Both the position numbers and the translations under genes were made by a program. Below are positions 52,917 to 64,000 of a stretch of DNA of 64,000 nt, in pieces. Origin of the DNA: Blasia pusilla (Eukaryota); contig CM114271.1 in NCBI GenBank assembly GCA_050084515.1, positions 22,196,001 to 22,260,000 on the forward strand, given 5' to 3'. Below the pieces are notes generated by a model. It searched no databases and was not told the origin of the DNA. It was given only the letters and a program-made list of their open reading frames with translations. Position 1 is the first letter of the stretch. Every line of letters begins with the position of its first letter.

Positions 52917-53498
52917 TGGCAAATGGCATCCAATGGGATTTTCTCGTGCTTTTATCGTCTCGGGCATTATCCTCGTGGAACTCGGGACGATTCTATTTGT
53001 GAAACAATTCACGCGACATTCCACTTTGGACCCGTCCCGTGCCGATGGGGTTCCAACCATTTTCAAATTTTTCAGACGGGAATGGAATATTTTTTAGTTA
53101 CATTTGAAAATTGCATGCAGTGGAGTTTCCCTCCATACCCTCTTTTGCTATTTCTCTAATTTCTATAGATTATAATGGACTAGTTTAAGCCCATAATTTA
53201 AATTTACTCTCATAGTTCTCAAGAGTACTATTTTAAATTAATTTCAAACTATCTTATCAGTTTAGAAGACGAGCAATCTAATTGGCTGAAAGGGACAAGT
53301 ATACAAAGTTGTCGTGCGCATACACATCGCTACACGACATACATCGTTGTCATCGAACACACACATACACACGCACGCTCCCATGCTAACTCATGGCATC
53401 CAAACAGCGAGACAAGGAGTACCAAAATATCTGCAATAAATCAAGTAGATCTCACATCACATCTCTCTCAACATCTTACACCAAGCTCTCCATGATGT

Positions 53499-53500
<2 letters not shown>

Positions 53501-53558
<58 letters not shown>
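53501..53558. repeat. (TC)29 microsatellite
   Basis: Direct read; it produces the ERERER/SLSLSL ORF artefacts. Confidence 0.98.
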
Positions 53559-53560
<2 letters not shown>

Positions 53561-53699
53561 TGGCTTGGGTTACACACACAAGGCAAGCAAAACCATAGCT
53601 CTGCCGCCTCTTGCCAAGAGGTTCTACAAAGAGAGAATGAGCTCTCAAGCTCTCTCTCCTGGTGGTATACCCCCTTCCCTCTCCCAAGCCCTCTCCTCG

Positions 53700-56235
53700 A
53701 TAACCTATGCTTGTAGGTCATCCATACTCGAGTATGAATTGGCTCAAACCTTTTCTTATATTTTGTCACAAATCCCATAGCTTCATCTAAAATGTAGGCC
53801 TCGGCCATACATGCTTCTGGGCGGGCTTTTGACCTCACATATTTCTTCATAACTCCCATATACCTTTCAAAAGGGTACATCCATCTACATGCTACTGGCC
53901 CACACATGTCTAGCTCCTCCACTAGATGAATCAGCAGATGGGTCATTACATTAAAAAAGGCTAGAGGAAAATATATATCGAGCAAACACATGGTGATAGC
54001 TACGTCTTCATGAAGTTGGGGATAATATGTACGGTCCCAAACTTTTTGTGAAAGATTCCTCATAACTCTACATAATCTCATAATCGTGGTCCTCACATCT
54101 TTGCTCATGAGATCTCGAAGACAGAAAGATAGAATTTGTTGGATAAATACATGGTGGTCATGAGACTTCATGTTCCCTAATCTCTTCTTCACCACAAGTT
54201 TTTTCAACTCACCACTATAGCCAGTTGGCACTTTCAAAGATTCAACCCTTCCCAAGAAAATGACCATTTCACTAGCAGAGAGAACATAGTTTGCTACAAG
54301 TTTGACAATACTTCCACTTCTAGAAGGGTGAGGTTTTAGCCATAAGTGGGATCTAATTTGTCTCTTTTCCATATCTCGCCTCACTTTCACTGTATCATGT
54401 ATCCCAAACAGTGTTTTCACAACATTTTCAGAAATATTCTTCTCTACATGCATGACGTCTAGGGTATGTCGAATCAATAAATGCTATTGAATTACACATA
54501 GTTAAGGAAAAATCCAGTGTACTTGGATAAAATAAAATAAAATCTTCCTTACATAATGCAAAAACTTATAATCAAGTAGGATACTTGCCAATAGGGCAAT
54601 GAAAAAAGGATTCCTCTACGCTTAACTCCAATTTTCTTGTAAGGGTCATCAGGACCGTCTTCTCTACCCCCTCTCTGATGGTTTTTTTTTTAATACTCTG
54701 CCCATCGAATATGCTCCATTGCTTTAATCCTTGTGGGAGGTGGCCTAGACTCTCCTTTCCCATTGAAAAGTGATCCATACTTCCTCCCTTGCCAATGATG
54801 GTTTTGTTTGAGATAACGACGATGACCAAGAAATATTGGTTTGCCACATTATTTAGAGAAGTAGGAATCTACTTGAGGCCTACACACTTTGCATGCTAGC
54901 TTTACATCATGGCTTTGTCGTGAGATCAACCCATATGCAAGGTAGTCATTGATGGTCCACAAAATCAAGGCTTTGAAGGTGAATTTCAAATGTCCATCCA
55001 ATTTCCTCACATCATGGAATTCAACACCTTCCCACAACTTTGCAAACTCCTCTACCAAGGGAGCCAAGAAAGTGTCAATGTTCTCACTATTGACACTCTC
55101 TTTTCCAAGGATGATCAAAGGCAATTGGATAAAATAAAAAAAATTTGCAACCAAGGAGGTAAATTTAATTCACTAATAACACTGGCCAAGTTGACCATGA
55201 ACTTGCCTTCTCCGAGAACGGATTCACCCCATCTAATGCTAATCCAAATCTACAATTTCTCTTCTCACTCCTAAAATCAGGATATATATGGTCTACATGC
55301 TTCTAAGCCCTAGAGTGTGTTGTATGTAGAACTAAACCATCTTTGCTTTGGTTAAGAGGACCCCAACACATCAACTCAGACAAGATGTTGGATCTGAACA
55401 TGCGTCGCAATCTAGGAATGAGTGGGAAATGACGAAGAACTTTGCAAGGTACCAATGACTTTCCAACTTGTCTAAATATTTCTACATAGCACTTTGGACA
55501 TTGATTAAGAGCGTGTAAATCCCCTCGGAATAATACGCAACCACGTGGACAAGCATGTATGGTATCATAACTCAACCCCAATTTCACCATGAGTTTCTTA
55601 GCTACATGATGACTTTGCGACGCATTGTTTTCGAGTGGAAAGACATGCTTCCCAAGAAACTTCAAAAGTTCATCTATAGCTACATTGGGTAAATTCTGTG
55701 CTCCTGCAATATTAAAAAGGTGCATAACAAATGCCAACATTTATACTCTAGCACTAGAATAGAGAGGCTTACATGCATCAGCCATCTCGTTATCTATATT
55801 TTTAGGGTCTTCATCCATGTCAACCTGACCATCGTTCCCCTCTCTTTCCCCCCTATCAGATCTACCTTCTTCGTCATGAAGATCATCGTATTGGGAAAAA
55901 ACTTCATTCAACATTTTGTGCACATCAACTTTGTTGTCTACGCCTTCTTGGTATGCTAGAGGTTGAGATTTGGTGAAATTTGCGGGCTCATCATGGGTCT
56001 GGATATTCACAGGTTTAGCAAAATTCATGACACTGGCTTAATGAACTATTCTCTCATGCTCATCTTGTTTCAACAACTCATCATCAGATGAGTCCCATTC
56101 TTCTCTACTTTTCCATATCCCACACAAAGAGAAACCTTGGTTTTTTTGTAAATGTTCCTCCACTTTAGGCAAGGAAATACTTCTTTGTCCTTTGCATACA
56201 CTACAAGGACACCTAACTCGCTTTATACCATCCAT
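53700..56235 (-). pseudogene. CACTA/En-Spm TnpD transposase relic
   Basis: RCPCSVC (transposase-associated domain), IHACPRGCVLF, LRHFPLIPRLRRMF, IDTFLAPLVEE, WTINDYLAYG, LDVMHVEKN, MKSHDHHV, FFNVMTHLLIHL, RWMYPFERYM. Fragmented by stops and frameshifts. Confidence 0.93.
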
Positions 56236-56599
56236 TCTAGCCCGAGCCTCCTCTCAGCGCCAAAGTTTGAAGTCATGTCATGAAATTCTATCCGAATGAT
56301 TAAGTGGTTGTCTACCCTTGCTGGCGCTCAACGTTTGGCTCATGGTGATCTTGGCTAGTCACTAGGGGATGCAGAGCTCCTAATGAACTACAAAATAGAT
56401 TTTGATTAGCTCTATTGATCATATGGAGTTTTATGATTTCAATGACTTAAACATTCATCAATTTCAGAGACTCTAAGCTCCACTTGTCAACTACAACACC
56501 ACAAGATACATACATGATCCAGTGAGTTTCAACGATTGTTATGTCTCACATCTACAAACATGAAATGAGTCTACTCCTTATATAAGCATAATGTATTTT

Positions 56600-58900
56600 T
56601 GAAAAACAAACTTACTTCTTAGGAGACCAATCCTTAAGATTTCTGTGCAACCACTCGTCCTTCAAATTTTGTACGCTTAGTATAGTCTGCACATACTTTT
56701 TCCCAAGTACATTCCTGCCAATAAGCTAATGCTTTGGCCCCTTCAGGCCATCTTTGTTCCTCCTCTAGAGCAGCAATAGCTCCTTGCCTAAAGTGGAGGA
56801 ACGTTTCTTCTTCAGACTCTTCTTCTTGCTTCCTCAAATTTTCTTCAAATTGCACAATTTTCTCCAACTCAATCTCCTCCTCTTCTAGAGCCAATCGAAT
56901 TGTAGACTTTTGAGGCTGATTACTCAAAGTCTTTCCATTTACACTCTTTTCCATATGTCTTCATCCTCCTGTCTGAACATGAAACATGGTTATCACCTTA
57001 CCATCCAAATCAGTTAACACCAGCACCGTACCCTATAAGGGGCCCATCTCTACTTTATAAACCTATTTGCAATTGGGATATGTAAAAATCCTAGCGTGGA
57101 GAATCCTAATATTTTTAAAAGGCAAAAAGGAAGGAGCCACACAACCTCCACAACAAATTCCAATACCTGCATGTATACTGCAAAATCAATATGGGATCTA
57201 CGATGATACATAGAAGGCTTGTTTCAAGTTGTGGATGTTAAGGATTGTCACTCGCTGGCTGAACGGTTTAAGAGTTGGATGTATTCGTGGAACTATAAAC
57301 CATGGCTAGGAAAATTGGTCAAGATACCAAACCCCTAGTGGAAGAGAAGCAGAAAAGGTTTTAAGAGTTGGATATGTATATATGTTGAATGGACATGGAC
57401 TCTTCTGCACCCTGGCCAGGAAACTAGTGTGGATTGGCTGGTTGGGCTCGTGGGTATGATGGCAGTGAGGAATCTATGGAGTCATCAACCTGATCAACAT
57501 AATGAGTCCCCACTGGATGACTATGTTGAATGCACGTGAAATTATGAATCATAGTCAGAGAATTGGAGTGATGGGCTTGTAGGTTCCATGTAAATGTTGG
57601 CAAAGAAGATGGAGGTGTCAGCTTGATCTAGATTAAACCCATAGCAAAGCACTGGGCAAGGAGTCACAGTTGAACAACATGGAAGAAGCCATGAAAATAA
57701 GAATAACAGTAGGATGAAAACACAACTAAAACTCTTGTGAACTTGCCTTCTTTACCTTCTTCACGTGCAAAACACATTAGATGTGTAGCCAGTCCAAGTA
57801 ACTATGAAGTATATACAGTGTCAACTGCATGCTCTAGATCAACTACGTGTTATACTTATAAAATAGAGAGAGCAAAAGTATATTTTCAGTTCACTAAGAA
57901 ACATAAATGCGGATTTTGAATTCATTTGTAATATTTATATTTGCAATTGCTCAAAGCTGCTGCCCTGAAAGCATATGACGAGTGCATATTTAATCTTGAA
58001 AGCACTCCATCAACAAGTATTGTAGAAGTTGACTCTCTATTAAAGCTGGCTCTGTGAAAGCCGCTTTCTTCGCTTTTCGCCCTTCCTCCCTAACGGGAAG
58101 AGAGCGCCTGTCGGCCTTCAGAGGAGAAAATACACTCTCTCAAAGCGAAGGCCAAAGCTAATCAGCAACGTACATGTACTTTTGAATGACTCCATTGACT
58201 ATTGTCTATACAAGGAAATAACTCAGCAACAAACATCAAAATCAATTACTTACAATGTTCTTCTCTCTCCTCTCATTGAGTGAAGGTTGCTTCCTTTTTG
58301 GCTTTTTCTTCAAAGCATTTATCTTGTTGTTCATAAGCTCCAAAACTTTAACATCTTGGTTACTTGTCTTAATTCTAACACCAGAAAGCATGAAAAAAAT
58401 ACGATCAATTGTACTCTTCTTGATCACCTCCACATTGCTCCCGACATCATCAATAAAAAGAGGACTAAAAAATAACCTACAGAATCCCCTTCTAAAGCCA
58501 TATGAAGATCTCTTGGATTTTCTTTTGATTCTAACGCCAAGGGAAGATTCACATCGTGGAAACATATGGGAGAGAAGCTGATATAGTTGGAACTACCACT
58601 TCTGGATGAGTACTAGTGGTGTTTTCAGGCACCACATTAGTGATCTTTGAAAATATTGCCATGATATGAGAAATATTCTCCTTGATATCAACAACATCCA
58701 TTTTTTTATGCACTTTCTTTCTCCATGGCATCTATCCTATGGGTCAAAGTTTGTCGTAGAACTCTACATTGAAAAACATGTGCATGCATCAATCAATAAT
58801 CTTGAAAGCCAATATTAAATCCCAATCTCATGTGCAAAACCCCCAAGAGATACCATTGCTAGAGGCAGGTCAACCGTCACCATCAATGGTCAATTGTCAC
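56600..58900 (-). mobile_element. Probable second (accessory) gene region of the CACTA element, degenerate and multi-exon
   Basis: Coiled-coil/charged ORF pieces (56634-56954, 58242-58731) with splice-like borders on the same strand, directly upstream of TnpD. Confidence 0.4.
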
Positions 58901-59987
58901 CATCAACACTCCGCCGTCACCATCCACGGTCGGGTGTTGCCATCGCCTAGCAGTGCTCAAAGCCGCGTTCGAACGTTGTCCACCCTTTGGTTGCCATTGC
59001 CGCCGTTACAAAGTGGAGGATCTTCCACGACCACCGTTGATTCTCAGACTTGCGCCGCCACCGTCATCACAGTTTTGTCATCGACGAGTGATGGCAGGTG
59101 ACCTCGGGTTATGGTGTTTGAATTTTTATTTCATGTTGCTATGTTGTGATTGGTAGCCGCTCGACGACGATCGAGTAACTTTTCGTGACGCCCGTAGTCG
59201 CAACGCGCCACCGATTGCCGGGTCGTGCCGCTTGTGGCCACACTGCACCGTCTCGATTGCAGAGCCGCTCCTTCACTAAGGTGCAGAGCGTGTGAATATC
59301 TGATTGAGGAGGGTATGTCGTTGAGTGCAGCATCCCATTCCCGAGTGCTGTGTTGTTTTTAGCCGTTCCGTGGCGCCAGTGTCGCACCAGACCGCTGAAC
59401 CTGCACCGTACATCGAGGAGGTTTGAGCAGCGTCAATACAAGAGGAGTAAGACTTGCTGATTGGAGGAGTTGTCTTCATGACCGAGTTGGGATCAAGATT
59501 TGCAATTGCCGAGGAGTGACATCGACATTATTGTCAGGTTACCCATTCTGGTCTCTTACCCTGCACATGTGAGGGATTTCCAGGTATTGGAAAGTTATTT
59601 GGAATATTGGGTTTCGTGTTGATGCTAGAAGCATCGATGATGTATGGGTTTAGGGGACATAGACATGTGTGGAATGTCCAGAGTTGAGGATGGTTTGTCA
59701 ATGAGATGATAGGTCAGTTGATTTGCCGCACCACGCTGCTTGTTGCCGCACAGCACACGTCTCAATGAGAGAGTGTAGATTGAGTGCCGCATGTTTAGTT
59801 TGAGTGATTGAGGAATTACTTGCGAGATTGAGAGTGATCGTGTGAGAGGGGCACGAGGGCCATCACGGCGTCCTTTCAAGATTTTGAGAGGCAAGATAGT
59901 GGATGTAAGAGTAGCTCTATAGGGTTTACCCGGAATGGTGCGAGGTTTCAAGGGTCTCCACGTGAGAGACCACCTCGATCTCCTTGT

Positions 59988-60595
59988 GTGTCGTCTTCAA
60001 ACAAGGGGGAGCATGTAGAAGAGTGTGTTAGTGATCCACCGTACATATTGAGTGGTCTTACCACTTGGGCGTACGAGATGGATGACCACGGTAGAGGACC
60101 GCGTAGGTTTTTGGGTGATGTAGGCACCATAGAGCTACACGACTTCATTGCGGAGTTTAGGAGTTGGTGTGACTCACAACGGGCTAGGAACTCTAGAGAG
60201 TTCAACCGGTTTACAACATGGAATAGTATGTTCCAGCATTTAGAGGGGGCACCCATGGACGATTACCATGAGTTCTCTCACAAATATGCCCAAGAGATTG
60301 AGGCATGGCGACTCTACTATGATCCACACTATGTGTCATGGACGGAGCCGTTCCCAGATGAGGAGGAGGAGTCAGGAGATGCTACTTCCTCTTCCACTAG
60401 TGATGTTTTAGGAGGGGTCACTCATACTAGAGCAATTGCACCGTCTAGTCGTGTTCATCCTAAGTTCAATCCCGTGGTTGAGTTCTTCGTTGAGTTGAGG
60501 GCGAGCTACTAGGGGGTACGGACGGAGAAGTCGCGGAGCATCCATAACTTCTAGAGGCGCCCGGGTGAGAGTTTGCGTGAGGCTTACACTTGCTT
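59988..60595 (+). pseudogene. LTR-retrotransposon (Ty3/gypsy-like) gag fragment
   Basis: PRRFLGD...DFIAEFRSWC...FQHLEGAPMDDY...EFFVELRASY*...F*RRPGESLREAY. The R/QxxGESLxxY motif is typical of gag. Contains in-frame stops and is truncated. Confidence 0.7.
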
Positions 60596-60599
60596 CCGA

Positions 60600-61300
60600 A
60601 ATTCCATTCTTTGGAATTGAGATGCATGGCGATATAAACACTTTATCAATCATGATCAAAGTGGATATAGAGTGTCATCCCATAGCACTCGTTGAACTAT
60701 TTATATAAATCCATCATTGACAAGGATTATTATACATGGTCCTTGTAGGATTTTGGAGTTACCATCCAGTTGCTATAAGTTCAATAACCTCAAATGTTTA
60801 GCATTATGAGTGAATTCCATAATGGTATAATATGAGTCCCAAAACTTTTGTTTAGAATCACATGCAATTTTGATTAGCAGAATGAGTGTTGATAATCGAT
60901 AATATTTTTCGTCCCCAAGTCTGACTGATACCGAAGGGAATTGTGCTTACTCTGAATATCGTCAACCGTCACAAGAGAAGGGTGGAAAATTATTGCCACA
61001 TCATATGAGAGCCATATGTTGCACCAATGATTTATGGAATTCTTGTAATCTATTCAAACTTTGTCATAATCTAAATGCAAAAAGTAATAATCGTATGCAT
61101 GATGTAATGTGAGTATAATTGGAAATCAATGGCAAGATTTTCAATAAAATTTATGATATTCTTAGTGTTAGTGGCGTCTTCAAAAAAGTATAGGCCACTA
61201 ATGATTGTCAATGGTACATTATGAGGGAAACAATGTGATACTATTTTTCGATTTCCATCCTTTTTTGTATCATCGACCACTCAAAAATTTAAGGCTTAAC
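60600..61300 (-). mobile_element. Possible very old hAT transposase relic
   Basis: KIVSHCFPHNVPLTIISGLYFFE resembles the hAT/DUF659 block FFY.NGIPFN..SPYF. Downstream blocks match only loosely. Confidence 0.3.
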
Positions 61301-62853
61301 ATGTCCAATCTTATTGAAAAGTAGCACAAAAGAAGAGTAAGGCATTCACTCCCAAATTTTCATTTTTCTATCTCAATACTCTCTGGACTTATTCAAAAAA
61401 ACAAATTATGAAATTTTCCCAAAAAAATTTGTTTGTCATAGAACAATCCAAACATCTTGATGTTTCTTGATATAAGATCTTTTGATATTGTCTCAATCCC
61501 ATCCACACATTATTAATGGAAATTATTATTTGATACATCTCTATGTGTTGGATTTCAATCTAAATCAACATGGTAGCAATCTCCAAAGATTGGGTTGTTG
61601 ATTACGAATAGTGAATCCTTATGAGATAATCATAAATATGAGATGTATGGGGTCATGGAGGAGAGGTTTGACTCATTAACGAGATTATTGATTGCGCTCA
61701 TCATCTCCGATCGAGAAATGGGTTGTCCTCATCTACTGTAATTCTTTGTTGAAGATAACGTGTATCCATCGCTTTGCAGCGTGCCCAAGCTAATTGGCTT
61801 ATGCGTCGGACTCAAGTTATGGAAGATTACGACATTAGAAATCCACTTAACCGTCATCATATCTCTCTCTGTGTGGCTAAAATTGTGTATGATGTTTAAC
61901 AAATTTAACCGACAAGGATTCCCCGTTTTGTTTTTCGGGTGGGTTATAGCCTTTACATCCTTTTAACTATTTGAATCCCCTCTTTTTAATTTCCGATGGA
62001 TTTTCTATTTCTATTTTTACGTGTTTGCAAACGTTCCTTCGTGGAGATCGGTAAATCTTGCCGGTTAAACTTCCCGTAACGATGGTCCTCCCGAGTGCCG
62101 TGTATCCAAGCGTTAGCCCGATGTAATCCCCCTCCGGTCGACAGCTGAAATTTAGCGGGAGTGGGGAGGGGCTTGGGGAAGAGCGGCGCCGGAGGCGGAT
62201 CCTGTAGCCAGCTAATTTGGCAGAGCGTGCGCGGTGGAAGAATGGGGGAGTGCGAGGCAGATTCGAAGATGATTCCGAGATTCGCGACTTAATCGGATAG
62301 TGCGAGAAGTGTGCTTCGTTTTGCCGGTTTCACTTCTTTCCTTCTTTCTTGATTCTTCACTGGTTGCGCGGCGCAATGGCGCCCTCGGAATTTCAAGGCG
62401 GGCCTAGGGAATGTGCGATTTGCGACCGCACTTTTGACTGTCTGCGGCGTTCTTTGCTTGCTCCCCTCATATCAGATCTAAGGGAAGGAGGATGATGATT
62501 TCTTAGCTGGAAGCTTTTTGCTGTCTGGTTTGCAGGCGGAGCGCTGTACATGGCCTTCGCTTCTTTCTGCTAGTAGTAGTTCCTTGATTGGTGTTTCCTC
62601 CTAATTCTAAGAGAGCAGTGATTGGACTTTCCTTCTCCGCCTCTGGCTTCTTACCGTTCTGGGAGGGAAGCATAGGCGGTGGAAGACGGAGCTGGAAGGG
62701 ATTTGAAATCCTGTCATGCGAGCCCGAAACTAGAGGATCAGACCTGACTGGATGGCCTAACGCAGCGAAAAGGAATTGGAGAGAAGTGTAGTGAGTAGTG
62801 GTGTAGTGCAGCGGATCGGACTCTGGAGGTGGCATTTCAGGGATGCGATCGGG

Positions 62854-63818
62854 ATGGGTGATGTAACACAATGCAGGCTGTGGTTGCCCCGGCATCTATG
62901 CAGCACGCAGCAGGACCGGAGCCTGGCGTTGCTGGGATGGATCAATGGCGGGCTCCAATCTCTGGACTTCGTGGTGGTCACTGGAGTGCCAACGTGCGAG
63001 AATGCTTGCGCGGACTTTCTCCAATTGCAGGTGCCCTGCATCCTTTTCCCTTCCTGTCTAGAAGAAGCTTCCGATTGAGCCCCCAAGATTGCCTTTTCTA
63101 AGACATGTCACAAATGAATCTGCCCATGTATTTGTATAAATAATTCCTCTGAATATTAATCACTTACAAATCAATTCAGTCGAGTGATGTATCTGTAGAG
63201 ATATTATTAAGAAATCAATTCATCCATTCAATCGTAGATCATTTTATTTGTCTTTAATGGAAGACTTTCTCGTGCATCAATTATGCCTCGCACCACCACA
63301 TTAGATGTGTCAAGTATAAATTTAATGGGCCCGTTCTTCTCCGTGCGTCGATCGCTTGTTAAGTTTGAGAGGGTTGTTAATTGTAGAGAATTCTGGATGC
63401 TGCTGCAACGAAGTTGCCTTGGACGCTTCAGAATGAGCAGAATTTGCGCGTCATAGGGGAGTATCTGGTCCCACATGAATCTGATCAGCTACCTAAAGAT
63501 AAGTCAAAGAGTAATTACCAGCTTGACGGCTGCAGCATGCGACCCGGGTACGAGATCAGCAAGGGGGTGGAGAATGCCGGTGCGCCTGGGATATCCGGAG
63601 GCTCAGAGAATATTGGGAATTTTGACGTCGTCCGTGACACAAAAGAAAATCGTCCAGATAATTCTCAGCGAAGGGTCGATTGTAACAAACGCCCGATGAG
63701 TAACGTCTGGGCAGTTCTCTCTGGCTGTATTCGAAGCGGGGACAGCATGAGATCAGACTGGATACCAAATATTCATTCCATCACACGGAACGGTTTTCAT
63801 CTTCCCATCAGAAAACAC
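62854..63818 (+). CDS. PIG-Q: Phosphatidylinositol N-acetylglucosaminyltransferase subunit Q (GPI1), exons 1-2; gene continues beyond the window
   Basis: Exon 62854-63030 (MGDVTQCRLWLPRHL...LLGWI...SLDFVVV...LQ|GT) and exon 63387-63818 (RILD...LPWTLQNEQNLRVIGEY...WIPNIHSI...KH|GT) match the recalled plant GPI1 N-terminus CR(I/L)WWP...LFGW...LD(I/V)VV and WIPKLHH. Confidence 0.75.
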
Positions 63819-64000
63819 GTATGTAAAGATGGCATCAAGTTCTTTCTCCGATCGTTGTAATCAGTTTTGTGGGGACATTCTAATCATAATCTATTGTCGA
63901 AGTGACAGAAGGATTTCCTCTGCGAAGTAGTGAATGAATAACTGATTCGTCAAAAAAAATTCCACCTTTAAAAAATTGAAAGAATCAAAGTGTCTAACGT

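Noticed and set aside
53393-53716. ORFs with ERERER / SLSLSL tracts
   Set aside because: Translation artefacts of the (TC)29 microsatellite.

Overview
Eukaryotic, intron-containing land-plant DNA (bryophyte-like by inference) that is mostly decayed transposons. Four host genes can be read: the first exon of a probable plastid-targeted protein (574-35, - strand, missed by the ORF track), a complete 5-exon SLC25 mitochondrial carrier (18574-15598, -), a single-exon secreted LRR protein (45573-44323, -) and the first two exons of PIG-Q/GPI1 (62854-63818, +). Between them lie a degenerate ~9 kb RepHel Helitron, two families of mini-Helitrons (one complete 181-bp copy), a nested probable solo LTR, two decayed L1-type LINEs, a MULE/SWIM transposase with a neighbouring BED-finger gene and one-strand GGAATGG repeats, a CACTA relic, a gag fragment and a possible hAT relic. 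The most unusual item is a 1.42 kb non-autonomous element (32883-34304) with 54-bp palindromic TIRs and a 4-bp TSD. It carries two different, convergently oriented, frameshifted COPT/Ctr copper-transporter gene relics, i.e. a Pack-type element that does not match Pack-MULE or Pack-CACTA hallmarks. All family assignments come from manual reading of motifs; no database search was run.
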